In this document: positions 1 through 9,095 of the stretch, piece by piece
How the letters are laid out: each line of letters begins with the position of its first letter
How positions within the stretch are numbered: position 1 is the first letter of the stretch
Notes under the pieces: generated by a model
Told to the model about the DNA's origin: nothing
What the model saw: the letters and a program-made list of their open reading frames with translations, nothing else
The model's database searches: none
Assembly (NCBI GenBank): GCA_964587835.1
Contig: CAZPMN010000001.1
Span: 88,968 to 152,967 of the forward strand
Source of the DNA: an uncultured bacterium
GTDB lineage: Bacteria > Auribacterota > Erginobacteria > Erginobacterales > Erginobacteraceae
Direction: 5' to 3'
DNA length: 64,000 nucleotides
Position numbers and translations under genes: made by a program

Positions 1-1
1 C

Positions 2-1201
2 ATCATCCCCGGGATCGCGGATATGGGGACGCCCTTCGACTGGCCCCGGATCGTCCGCCGCCTGGAGCGAATCTCCGGGAGGGACCTGACCCACCGCCAG
101 GCCTCCGCCTACCTGGTCGACCAGGCCCTCGAGTACATCCGGGCCAACCCCGGTGACTTTTTCCGCAACCTGGGGAAGAAGACCCTTTACTTCTGGGGGC
201 CGCGGGAGATCGCCAACCTGAGGGAGATCCATTACGCCCGGCTCAACTCACCGGTCTTGCGGGCGATCCCCCTCAACTTCCCCCTGGTGCTGGCGCTGGC
301 CCTGATTGGTTTTCTCATTCTCCTGCGCGAGAACCGGAAAGCCTCCGCCGGGGCGACGGCCCGGTCCCGTCGTTGGGAGGTCACCATCCTTTTGGTAACC
401 TTCATCGGAAGTTACTTCCTCTCGATGGTTCCCTTCGCCGCCGCCGCCCGCTACCGGGTTCCGGTCATTCCCTTCCTGCTCTGCCTCGGGTCGCACGGGA
501 TAGTGGCGGTGGCTCGAAGATGGTTCCGTTGGGAGTGGAAGCCGGCGGCACTCTGGACGGGGGCCGCGGTGGGATTATTCGCCCTCTTTTCCGTCGATCT
601 TACCGACTATCGGCCTAGTTTGGACCGCTGGCACTACGACCTGGCCCTGGCTCATACCGACCGGGAAGAGTGGGGAGAAGCGGTTCGGGAATACGAAGAG
701 GTGATACGCCTCCAGCCTCGGGCGATCCGAGCGTGGAATAACCTGGGCAACATTCACACCCTACGCGGGGACTACGAGCGGGCGGCGGAGTGCTACCGTC
801 AGGTGATCCGGATCCGGCCGGATATCGTCCACCCTTACAACAACCTGGGCAGCGTCCTCTTCCGGATGGATCGGCTGGATGAGGCTTTGCAGTACTTCCA
901 GGCGGCCCTGAAGATCCGTCCCGACCTGGCCGAGAGCCTCAACAACGTAGGAGCGATCCATTTCCGGAAGGGCCGCTACGAGGAGGCCGAGAAGAGCTAC
1001 CGGGAGGCCCTAAAATACAAGCCGCTCAACCCCTCGGTCCACTTCAACCTTGGCAAGGCACTGGTCAAGCAGGGGAGGCTGGAGGAAGCCGCTGTCCATT
1101 ATTCCGAAACCCTCCGGATCGATGCGAGTCACAGGGAAGCAAGAGAAAGCCTTAATCTTATCCTCCGCCGCCGAAACCGGCCGGGGGACGGGGAAGAATA
1201 A
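2..1201 (+). CDS. 5'-truncated membrane protein: C-terminal TM helices of a GT-C/PMT-like domain followed by about six TPR repeats; the reading frame is open to the window edge
   Basis: Frame open from nt 2 with no upstream stop. Hydrophobic segments (LVLALALIGFLILL, VPFAAAARYRVPVIPFLLCLG). TPR signatures AWNNLGNIHTLRGDYERAAECYRQVIRIRPD, PYNNLGSVLFRMDRLDEALQYFQAALKIRPD, SLNNVGAIHFRKGRYEEAEKSYREAL, HFNLGKALVKQGRLEEAAVHY. Confidence 0.7.
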   Translation: MIPGIADMGTPFDWPRIVRRLERISGRDLTHRQASAYLVDQALEYIRANPGDFFRNLGKKTLYFWGPREIANLREIHYARLNSPVLRAIPLNFPLVLALALIGFLILLRENRKASAGATARSRRWEVTILLVTFIGSYFLSMVPFAAAARYRVPVIPFLLCLGSHGIVAVARRWFRWEWKPAALWTGAAVGLFALFSVDLTDYRPSLDRWHYDLALAHTDREEWGEAVREYEEVIRLQPRAIRAWNNLGNIHTLRGDYERAAECYRQVIRIRPDIVHPYNNLGSVLFRMDRLDEALQYFQAALKIRPDLAESLNNVGAIHFRKGRYEEAEKSYREALKYKPLNPSVHFNLGKALVKQGRLEEAAVHYSETLRIDASHREARESLNLILRRRNRPGDGEE

Positions 1202-1395
1202 ATTTTTCAAATATTTCACGGTTTCGGGACTGGTCACGGTCCAAATATATTGCGTACGGGGAATATTCCGGGCCGACTTCGCTATATTTTGCGCTACAAA
1301 CCATTGCAGTGAGGTTTTTTCCTCCGGGCCCCGAGGGAAGGCCGTAAATGTCAACTAATAAACTGGTGGGGAAAACTTTTATCTCTCCGTTCCAT

Positions 1396-1428
1396 TGACA
1401 CCTGGTCAAGAGTGGTTCATATTATAGT
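1396..1428 (+). promoter_or_regulatory. Candidate sigma70-like promoter (TTGACA, about 17-19 nt spacer, CATATT/TATTAT) upstream of the giant gene
   Basis: TTGACAcctggtcaagagtggttcaTATTAT lies in the AT-richer 300-nt intergenic region. A GGAGAGG Shine-Dalgarno sits 4 nt before the ATGATG at 1545. Confidence 0.3.
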
Positions 1429-1544
1429 GAATTGCCTTACAAATAGGGTATTTCTCTATCCGCCACCGCCGACGGCGGCCTTGAACAACTAAAGATTTAT
1501 TTACACGATTGATCGGCCGTACCGGGTCACCCCGGAGAGGACAG

Positions 1545-4500
1545 ATGATGAATCAATCAACATTTCCCCTCTCAGCTCTTCTGCCCAGTTCTCTCGCCCG
1601 TCTCTGTGGAACTTCTCTTATGCTTATCCTCCTGTCCGCATTTCTTACCGCCAGCCTCTTCTTGTCCGGATCTATCTTTGCCCAGGGGCCGATGGAGATC
1701 TGGTTTGTCTCCCAGTACGGCTCCGCCGGAACCGCCACCTTGATCAAGGGCCCGGACGGGACGGTGGTCCTCTACGACGAGAGCGGGGGAACGGATGGCG
1801 GCAACGCGGTCTACAATATCTGTGCCGCCGAGGGGATTTCCTACATCGACTACGCCATCGGAGGCCATTACGACTACGACCACATCGGCGGGCTCAGTCA
1901 GCTCTCAAGCCAGTTGGGGGGGGATTCGGCTTTCGGGACCTACTACGACCGGGGCGGGTCCACGAACTATGACGGCGCCGCCATCGCCTCCTCCTACTAC
2001 GACATAGTCAACGGCAACCCGAAGCGGGAGACGGTGGTCCTGGACGGGTCGAGCGACATAGTTCTCGGGACCTATAACGGCCAGACGGCGCTGCTCCAGT
2101 TTATGTCGGTGGGATCTGCGGATAATGGCGGATCGGGAGACCCCGCCCTCTACATCCGGGGTCGTTCCACCGTGACCAGCGGGATCTCGGAGAACAACAA
2201 GTCGATCTCGGCCCTGGTCTCCTTCCCCGCAGCTTCCGGGGCGGCCGGTTTCGACCTCTACCTCGGTTCCGACCTCGAGGGGACAGGGGAGCTGGCGGTG
2301 GATGATGTAGTCTCGGATCTGCGCGGCTCTCGGGACGGGGCCGGGGTGGACGTTCTCCTGGTCGATCACCACGGCTCCTACACCAATGGGATCAGTTCCC
2401 CGACCTTCTTCGGAAATATGAACCCCGAGCTGGCCTTGATCTCGGTCTGGAACAACGGCTTCGAGCATCCGCGGATCGAGGTGGTGGAGAACCTCCAGCA
2501 GGTGGTGGATCCTCTCGACCAGCGGATCATCCGTCTGATGCCGGGGGATACCAACCCGACCGAGGGCGAGTGGGCCCCGGAGACGATGGACTACTGCCAC
2601 ACCACCGGCAGCGATTCGATCAACGGGACGGTCAAGATCACCGTCTCCACCGATGGTCTCTTTTACACGGTGACCGGGTACGGGATTACTGAGTCCGGTC
2701 TGATCAACCACCCGGTGGACGAGGGAGTGATCACCCCCACCCCAACGGTGAGAGTGGTGACCCCGACCCCGGCGCCGTCGCCTTCCCCGACGGCGGTACC
2801 CAGCCTGGACGTGGTCATTAACGAGATCGCCTGGATGGGGACGACTTACAGCACGGACGCCGAGTGGATCGAGTTTTACAACCCCAACCCCTCGAGCGCG
2901 ATCGACATCAGTACCTGGTCGATCTACGGCGCGCATTCCGGCAATTTGATTAACTTCGCCGACGCCGATGGCTGGACGACGACCACCATCCCGGCTGGCG
3001 GCTATCTGGTCTACGGGAATTCGAATTTCATCTTTGCCTCGGGGGCGGAGGTGGCAATCTGGGACGCGACGATCCAGTTGCTCAACACCTCACCCGGCGA
3101 AGTTCGGCTCTACAACGCGGCGGACGCCGGGGGCACGCTGGTGGACGTGGCCAACCAGCCGACCGGGGACTGGTTCGCCGGGGAAGTCGGTGTGGGCACG
3201 ATGGAAAGGATTCACCCGGAGGTTTATGGAACGACTGATTCAAACTGGGCAACCTGGGACGGGGTGGCCTTCGCCACCGACTCGGGGAGCAATGACATCC
3301 TCGGATCGCCGGGAGCGATCAACAGCGCCTATGCGGAAGCCACCCCGACCCCGAGAGTGATTACCCCGACTCCGCCTCCGACGCGGACTCCTCCCCCGAC
3401 TCCTCCGCCGACCGCTTCGCCTACCCCGAGCGCGATTCCGACCTCAACCCCGACTCCGACGGCGGTGCCGACGGCAACCCCGGTGCCGACCGCGGTACCC
3501 AGCGGTGACGTGGTCATAAACGAGATCGCCTGGATGGGGACAACCTACAGCACTTCCGAGGAGTGGATCGAGCTCTACAACACGACCGGCAGTCCGATCG
3601 ATATCAGCGGCTGGTCGATCTACGGAGCCGACACCGGCCAGGTCATTAACTTCGCCGCCGCCGACGGCTGGGCGGAAACCACGATCGCGGCCGGTGGTTA
3701 TCTGCTCTATTGCAACAGCAGCACCGTCTTTGCTTCCGGTGCCAGCGAGGATATCTGGGACGCCACGATCGGGATGGATAATACCAACCCCGGGCAGGTC
3801 CGTCTCTACGATGGGGCGAACGGCTCCGGGAACCTGATCGACGTCGCCAACCAGCTCTCCGGCGACTGGTTCGCCGGCGAGGCCGGGGTGGGGACGATGG
3901 AGAGAATCGACCCGTATTTCTACGGGACGGTCTCGACCAACTGGATGACCTGGGACGGGGTGGCCTTCGCCACCGACTCCGGGGGCAACGACATCCTCGG
4001 TTCCCCGGGCGCAATTAATAGTGCCTTTGTGGGCAACACTCCGACCCCGACGCCGAGGGTGATTACCCCGACGCCGACTCTTACGCCGGCCTCCTGCGAC
4101 GCAATTACCGACGGTGATATGGAGTACGCCGATATCACCTACTGGCCGCATACCGATGTCACCGACGTTAACTCCAGCGCCAAGGCGACTGATCGGAAGC
4201 AGGGCGGATCGCAGTCGCTGAAGGGGACCGGAGCCGCTGGCCGGAATATCTCCGTCAGCTGGTTCAACGCCCAGACGGTGGGAGAGATTGCCGCGTCCGA
4301 CCCGGTCACCCTCAGTCTCTGGTACGGATACCAGGTCCACAATTATAACACCGTCAAGTCCGCCACGATTTACTTCGACGTCAAGGCCGCCTCGGCCGGG
4401 ACCTGGACCACCGCCTGGAGCCACGATCTTTTCTATGAGATCAGCGCCGACTTTGCCTCGTCCTCGATTTCCAGTCTGGATATCAGCGACTCCTTTACCA

Positions 4501-7500
4501 CCGACGACACCTATCAGGTCCGCCTGCGTTTCGTGGGGCAGAATGACAATGACCCCAGTACCTACATCAATATCTGGTGGGATGACGTGATCCTGGAAGT
4601 TCCTTGCCCGGTGGTGGCGACCCCGACCCCGACGCCGCGGGTAATAACCCCAACCCCGACGCCGAAGATAGTCACTCCGACGCCGTCCGCTCCTCCCACC
4701 TCCACGCCAACGGTTCCGCCGACGCTGACGCCGACACCGACCGCGGTACCAACTGTCCCCCCGCCGGCGACGGCTACTCCCACTCCGAGCCCGGTTCCCA
4801 CGGCTTCGCCGGTTTCGACAGCTTCGCCGGTCCCGACGGCCTCACCGACGCCGGAGATCTGCACCCGGATCAGCGAGGGGTTCGATGATTTTGTCGATCC
4901 GGCCTGGACGGTTCCGGCCGGTTGGACTTTCTCCGGGATTGCCGGCGGCGATGTCTATACCACCACCGGGAATTTCGGTTATCTCTCCCCCTCGCTCAAG
5001 CTCGATAATACGGGTGACGCGGCCACCACCGCCGCCTTTGCTGATGCGGCCTGGCTCCAGTTCTGGCTGAAAGGTCAGGGCACCGACGACACCAGCAGCC
5101 TTCTGGTCGAGGAATACTGGTCGGGTTCATGGAATGAAATTACCACTATCGTTCCCCTGCCGACGTCGGGAACGTATTTTACCGGCTTGGCGCTGAACCC
5201 CGCGACCAGCCAGGTGAAGTTCAGCTACACCAAGGTAGCGGGGAACATTGGTCTGGACGATGTCCTGGTGGCCTGCCTGGTCACGCCCACCCCCTGGGTG
5301 GCGACCCCGACCCCGACTCCGAAGGTGATCACCCCGACCCCAACCCCGAGCGCGCCGCCGACAACGACGCCGACGGCCAGCCCGGTGCCGACCATCAGCC
5401 CGGTTCCCACGGCTTCGCCGGCGCCCAGTCTGACCCCCAATCTCCTGATCGACCAGGTCTATCGCTCCCCGGGCGATGATTATGACTATGTGGTCCTCTT
5501 CAATCCCCTAGAGTGGGCGATCAACCTCGGCGATGAGGGCTACACCCTCAATATGCAGACGGATATCGACTACGGGGAGAGCTACGCCTTCAGTAGTTGC
5601 GACGAGATCCCGGCGGGAGGATATTTTATGGTGGCCTCGCAGGGCCGGGTGGACAGCGTTTGGGCCGATGCCGTCGCCCCTGTCCGGGTGGTCAAAGGCA
5701 GTACCGCCGGCAATTCCTGGGTCCAACTACTGAAAGATTCCGCTCAGGTGGACGCCCTGGGCTGGGCTACCAACCCGGATTACTTTGAGACAACCGGGGC
5801 TTCCGGGACGATCACCGGCTCCCTGGCCTTCTTCCGTAGTGCCTACGGGATTGCCCATATCGATACCAACGATAACTCCGCCGATTTCACGCGTTCCACC
5901 TATGTCCCGGTCAGCTCCGGCAATGTCACCAACTGGTTCACCCACACCCTCTGGCCGGTCGAAGATCTGGAACCCCAGGAGTGGAGCCGGGTTTACGCCG
6001 GAGGGAGTGATTATTATTACCAGGCCATCAATGAAAGTCATCCCCCCACCGACTACGATCATTACCTTTACAGCAACCCTTCGAGCGCTACCGAAAGTGC
6101 CTGGTTCCGCCTGGCCGACTTCCCCTGGAACACGGTTGAGGGCGATCCCTGCCGCCGGGTCAACCTACAGATCCGGGCCTTCGGGTACCAGACCGGCCTG
6201 ACCCGGTCTTCGGTCATCCTGCGGAGTGGGGGGGTTGAGTCCAGTAGGGAATACAGGTTCTCCGAACAGACCGGGCTGGTGGACTGGATTACCGGTTGGG
6301 ACAAGGATCCGGCCACCGGTGGCTTTTGGACCCAGACCGGTCTTTCAGGGTTGGAGATCGGGATTGAGAACGACGATGATGTAAGCAAGATCCTGACCCA
6401 GTTCTACGCCCTGGTCTGGTACACCGGCGACCCGCCCCCGCCTTCCCCCACCCCCACGGCCTCGTATCCCCCGACTCCGAGTCCGACGCCGAGCCTGATA
6501 CCGACGGCGACGCCGCCGCCGACCGCGATCCCGACCCCGAGTATGTCGCCGACCGCCACCCCGCCGCCGACGGTGACTCCGCCCCCGACTCCGCCCCCAA
6601 CGGCGACTCCAGTGCCGACGGCGTCGCCGACACCGGAGATCTGCACCCGGATCGACGAGGGGTTTGACGATTTCGATATCGGGACTCGCCCGGCCGGTTG
6701 GACCTTCACCGGTTGCGACGCGAACTGGGACGTTTACACTTCGTCGGGGAACTTCGGCCATCTCCCCCCCTCGATCAAGCTCGATGCCACGGGAGATTCG
6801 GTTGCCTCAGCTTCATTCTCCAACGGGGACTGGCTCCAGTTCTGGGTCAAGGGACAGAACGCCCATATCTCCAGCGAACTGTTGGTCGAGGAGTACTGGT
6901 CGGATTCCTGGAACGAGGTCACCACGATTGCCCCGATTCCGAACTCGGGGACCATGTTCACCGGCTTGACCCTGGACCCCTTCGCCAGCCGGGTCAGGTT
7001 CAGCTATACCAAGGTCTCCGGCAACCTGGCCCTGGACGACGTTTTGGTCAGCTGCCGCCCCTCCGATGGATTCCAGTCCGTGGTCTTCAACGAGTTCGCC
7101 TGGTTCGGGACGGCGGCCAGCGCCGACGATGAGTGGATGGAGCTGCGCAGCAACAGCAGTTCGGCGATCAATCTCCAGAACTGGCGAATTGCCGCCGCCG
7201 ACGGCAACCCGGACTTCACCATCCTCTCCGACGTATCGATCCCGGCCTATGGTTTCTTCCTGATCGAAAGAGGGACGGACGGATGCATCATCGATAAGAC
7301 GGCCGACTTTATTTATCCGGTGGAAAATGAAATGGACGATTCGGGTGACTGGATGCAGCTCTTCGATTTCGACGGTGCCCTGGTGGATGAAGTGATCGAG
7401 GGAAGTTGGTTTGCGGGGACGGGCGAACCTTACTACTTCACAATGGAGCGGATCGATCCCGAAATTACCGGAAACGTGGATTGGAACTGGTACGACAACA

Positions 7501-8771
7501 ACGGCGTGGATATCACGGGCACCGACGCCGATGGGAACGAGATCAACGGCACCCCGGGCGAGGAGAACAGCGAATATGACCCGACCTACGTGGAACTGGT
7601 TGATTTCTCCGCTACCGGCTATGACGGCCTGATCGCGGTGGAGTGGGAGACCGGGGCGGAGACCGACAACTTCGGGTTTATTGTCCACCGGTCGGAGAGT
7701 GAACGGGACGAATTCCAACAGGTGAGTGTGTTTATCGATGCCTCGGGCAACCCGACCGGGGGACGTTACCTCTTCCCCGACGAGTCGGTCGAGAACGGGA
7801 TAAGGTACTACTACAAGCTGGAGGACATATCCACCGATCTTGAGAGCACGCTTCACGGTCCGGTCTCGGCCACCGCTCTCTCTACAGGTGGGGAACTGTC
7901 CTATGACCCTGCCGATTACACCGCGGTGGGAGAGAAATACATCACTCCGACGCCCGTTCCCTTGCCGACGGCCAGGCCCACGGCCTATTCCCCATTCCCC
8001 ATTCCCCATTTCCCCACTCCCATCCCACTGCCCATCGTCGACCGCGGCGACTACGATGGCGACGGGACCAGCGACATCGCGGTCTTCCGCTCCGCCGGCG
8101 GGCTCTGGCTGGTGAGGGGGATGACCCGCATCTACTTCGGCGCCGCCGGCGACATTCCGGCTGCGGGGAACTATGCCCCGGACGCCAGGAGCGAGATTGC
8201 GATTTACCGCCCATCCACCGGCCTCTGGGCAATCCGGAACCTGAGCCGGTTTTACTTCGGTGCGGGAGAAGACATTCCGGTTCCGGCCGATTACAGCGGG
8301 GACAGCCTGGCGGACGCCGCGGTCTACCGGCCGGCGTCCGGGTTATGGGCGGTGCGAAACTGGAGCCGGGCGCATTTCGGACGTCCGGGAGACATCCCGG
8401 TTCCCGGGGATTACGACGGCGACGGGAAGGCCGAGTTTACGGTTTACCGGCCGGAATCCGGTCTCTGGGCGGTGCCGGGAATTACCCGGCTGTATTTCGG
8501 AGCAGCCGGGGACATTCCGGTTCCGGGGGACTACAGCGGCGACGGCACCACCGAGGTGGGAATCTTCCGCCCGAACAGTGGCCTCTGGGTAATCCGAAAC
8601 CTGAGCCGGTTCTATTTTGGGCGTCCCGGAGATCTCCCGGTCCCGATGGGCGGTATGGGGGCCTGGAAGCAGGTCCCGGCCGTCTACCGACCCGGCTCCG
8701 GCTTCTGGGCGATCCGGGGCGTGACCCGGGCCTACTTCGGAGACCGGAAGGATCTCCCGGTGACGAGATAG
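1545..8771 (+). CDS. Giant secreted/surface protein (about 2,400 aa): signal peptide, ComEC-like MBL-fold domain, four lamin-tail domains (LTD), Pro/Thr-rich linkers, CBM-like beta-sandwich modules (one pair duplicated), C-terminal FG-GAP/VCBS-like repeats (6-7 copies)
   Basis: ORF track 1509..8771; the likely start is ATGATG at 1545 after a GGAGAGG SD. N-terminal hydrophobic signal (LMLILLSAFLTASLFLSGSIFAQG). MBL motifs resemble the ComEC C-terminal domain: GGHYDYDHIGGL (HxDxDH variant of HxHxDH), LLVDHHGSYTNG, ISVWNNGFEHPRIEVVENL. LTD signatures VVINEIAWMGTTYS...EWIEFYN...IDISTWSIYG (nt ~2811 and ~3510), LLIDQVY...DYVVLFNP (~5440), VVFNEFAWFG...EWMELRS (~7075). Repeated TPTPTPRVITPTPTP linkers. 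A ~150-aa module is duplicated (EICTRISEGFDDF... at ~4860 and EICTRIDEGFDDF... at ~6640). C-terminal repeats GDYDGDGKAEFTVYRPESGLWAV...FGAAGDIPVPGDY (nt ~8030-8760). Confidence 0.85.
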   Translation: MMNQSTFPLSALLPSSLARLCGTSLMLILLSAFLTASLFLSGSIFAQGPMEIWFVSQYGSAGTATLIKGPDGTVVLYDESGGTDGGNAVYNICAAEGISYIDYAIGGHYDYDHIGGLSQLSSQLGGDSAFGTYYDRGGSTNYDGAAIASSYYDIVNGNPKRETVVLDGSSDIVLGTYNGQTALLQFMSVGSADNGGSGDPALYIRGRSTVTSGISENNKSISALVSFPAASGAAGFDLYLGSDLEGTGELAVDDVVSDLRGSRDGAGVDVLLVDHHGSYTNGISSPTFFGNMNPELALISVWNNGFEHPRIEVVENLQQVVDPLDQRIIRLMPGDTNPTEGEWAPETMDYCHTTGSDSINGTVKITVSTDGLFYTVTGYGITESGLINHPVDEGVITPTPTVRVVTPTPAPSPSPTAVPSLDVVINEIAWMGTTYSTDAEWIEFYNPNPSSAIDISTWSIYGAHSGNLINFADADGWTTTTIPAGGYLVYGNSNFIFASGAEVAIWDATIQLLNTSPGEVRLYNAADAGGTLVDVANQPTGDWFAGEVGVGTMERIHPEVYGTTDSNWATWDGVAFATDSGSNDILGSPGAINSAYAEATPTPRVITPTPPPTRTPPPTPPPTASPTPSAIPTSTPTPTAVPTATPVPTAVPSGDVVINEIAWMGTTYSTSEEWIELYNTTGSPIDISGWSIYGADTGQVINFAAADGWAETTIAAGGYLLYCNSSTVFASGASEDIWDATIGMDNTNPGQVRLYDGANGSGNLIDVANQLSGDWFAGEAGVGTMERIDPYFYGTVSTNWMTWDGVAFATDSGGNDILGSPGAINSAFVGNTPTPTPRVITPTPTLTPASCDAITDGDMEYADITYWPHTDVTDVNSSAKATDRKQGGSQSLKGTGAAGRNISVSWFNAQTVGEIAASDPVTLSLWYGYQVHNYNTVKSATIYFDVKAASAGTWTTAWSHDLFYEISADFASSSISSLDISDSFTTDDTYQVRLRFVGQNDNDPSTYINIWWDDVILEVPCPVVATPTPTPRVITPTPTPKIVTPTPSAPPTSTPTVPPTLTPTPTAVPTVPPPATATPTPSPVPTASPVSTASPVPTASPTPEICTRISEGFDDFVDPAWTVPAGWTFSGIAGGDVYTTTGNFGYLSPSLKLDNTGDAATTAAFADAAWLQFWLKGQGTDDTSSLLVEEYWSGSWNEITTIVPLPTSGTYFTGLALNPATSQVKFSYTKVAGNIGLDDVLVACLVTPTPWVATPTPTPKVITPTPTPSAPPTTTPTASPVPTISPVPTASPAPSLTPNLLIDQVYRSPGDDYDYVVLFNPLEWAINLGDEGYTLNMQTDIDYGESYAFSSCDEIPAGGYFMVASQGRVDSVWADAVAPVRVVKGSTAGNSWVQLLKDSAQVDALGWATNPDYFETTGASGTITGSLAFFRSAYGIAHIDTNDNSADFTRSTYVPVSSGNVTNWFTHTLWPVEDLEPQEWSRVYAGGSDYYYQAINESHPPTDYDHYLYSNPSSATESAWFRLADFPWNTVEGDPCRRVNLQIRAFGYQTGLTRSSVILRSGGVESSREYRFSEQTGLVDWITGWDKDPATGGFWTQTGLSGLEIGIENDDDVSKILTQFYALVWYTGDPPPPSPTPTASYPPTPSPTPSLIPTATPPPTAIPTPSMSPTATPPPTVTPPPTPPPTATPVPTASPTPEICTRIDEGFDDFDIGTRPAGWTFTGCDANWDVYTSSGNFGHLPPSIKLDATGDSVASASFSNGDWLQFWVKGQNAHISSELLVEEYWSDSWNEVTTIAPIPNSGTMFTGLTLDPFASRVRFSYTKVSGNLALDDVLVSCRPSDGFQSVVFNEFAWFGTAASADDEWMELRSNSSSAINLQNWRIAAADGNPDFTILSDVSIPAYGFFLIERGTDGCIIDKTADFIYPVENEMDDSGDWMQLFDFDGALVDEVIEGSWFAGTGEPYYFTMERIDPEITGNVDWNWYDNNGVDITGTDADGNEINGTPGEENSEYDPTYVELVDFSATGYDGLIAVEWETGAETDNFGFIVHRSESERDEFQQVSVFIDASGNPTGGRYLFPDESVENGIRYYYKLEDISTDLESTLHGPVSATALSTGGELSYDPADYTAVGEKYITPTPVPLPTARPTAYSPFPIPHFPTPIPLPIVDRGDYDGDGTSDIAVFRSAGGLWLVRGMTRIYFGAAGDIPAAGNYAPDARSEIAIYRPSTGLWAIRNLSRFYFGAGEDIPVPADYSGDSLADAAVYRPASGLWAVRNWSRAHFGRPGDIPVPGDYDGDGKAEFTVYRPESGLWAVPGITRLYFGAAGDIPVPGDYSGDGTTEVGIFRPNSGLWVIRNLSRFYFGRPGDLPVPMGGMGAWKQVPAVYRPGSGFWAIRGVTRAYFGDRKDLPVTR

Positions 8772-9095
8772 AGACAGTCTCGGGGTTGATAAAACCAGGG
8801 ATTATTGGATCGTGATGGACCGTCCGCCTGCACGTACGCCTTCTTCAGAACTAGAGAAGAATTATTGCGGCTACATCCTACCGGTCGAATTTTCTTTCCG
8901 GTTTGCCGATTTCGCAGCGGCGGTCAGTGAAATTGGCTTGTTCGGATTAGGTTTTCCTTTTACCATTGATCTTCAATTGGACGCAGGATTCGGGTAAGGC
9001 CTGCTCCCGTCAGGAGAAGAGTGTAGAGGGCGGGATGACAATCGGCTGTTTCCGGCACGGCGCTTTCGTCACCGGATTAAATAAGGATTTGATTT

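Noticed and set aside
1905-8009. Multiple long minus-strand ORFs (e.g. 1905..2936, 3444..4424, 6813..8009) and short plus-strand ORFs inside the giant gene
   Set aside because: They are antisense or out-of-frame to a clearly coding 7.2-kb ORF in high-GC DNA. Their translations are Arg/Pro/Gly-rich low-complexity, typical of spurious high-GC ORFs.
8812-8997. 61-aa ORF after the giant gene
   Set aside because: No RBS, no recognisable features. Probably non-coding intergenic sequence.
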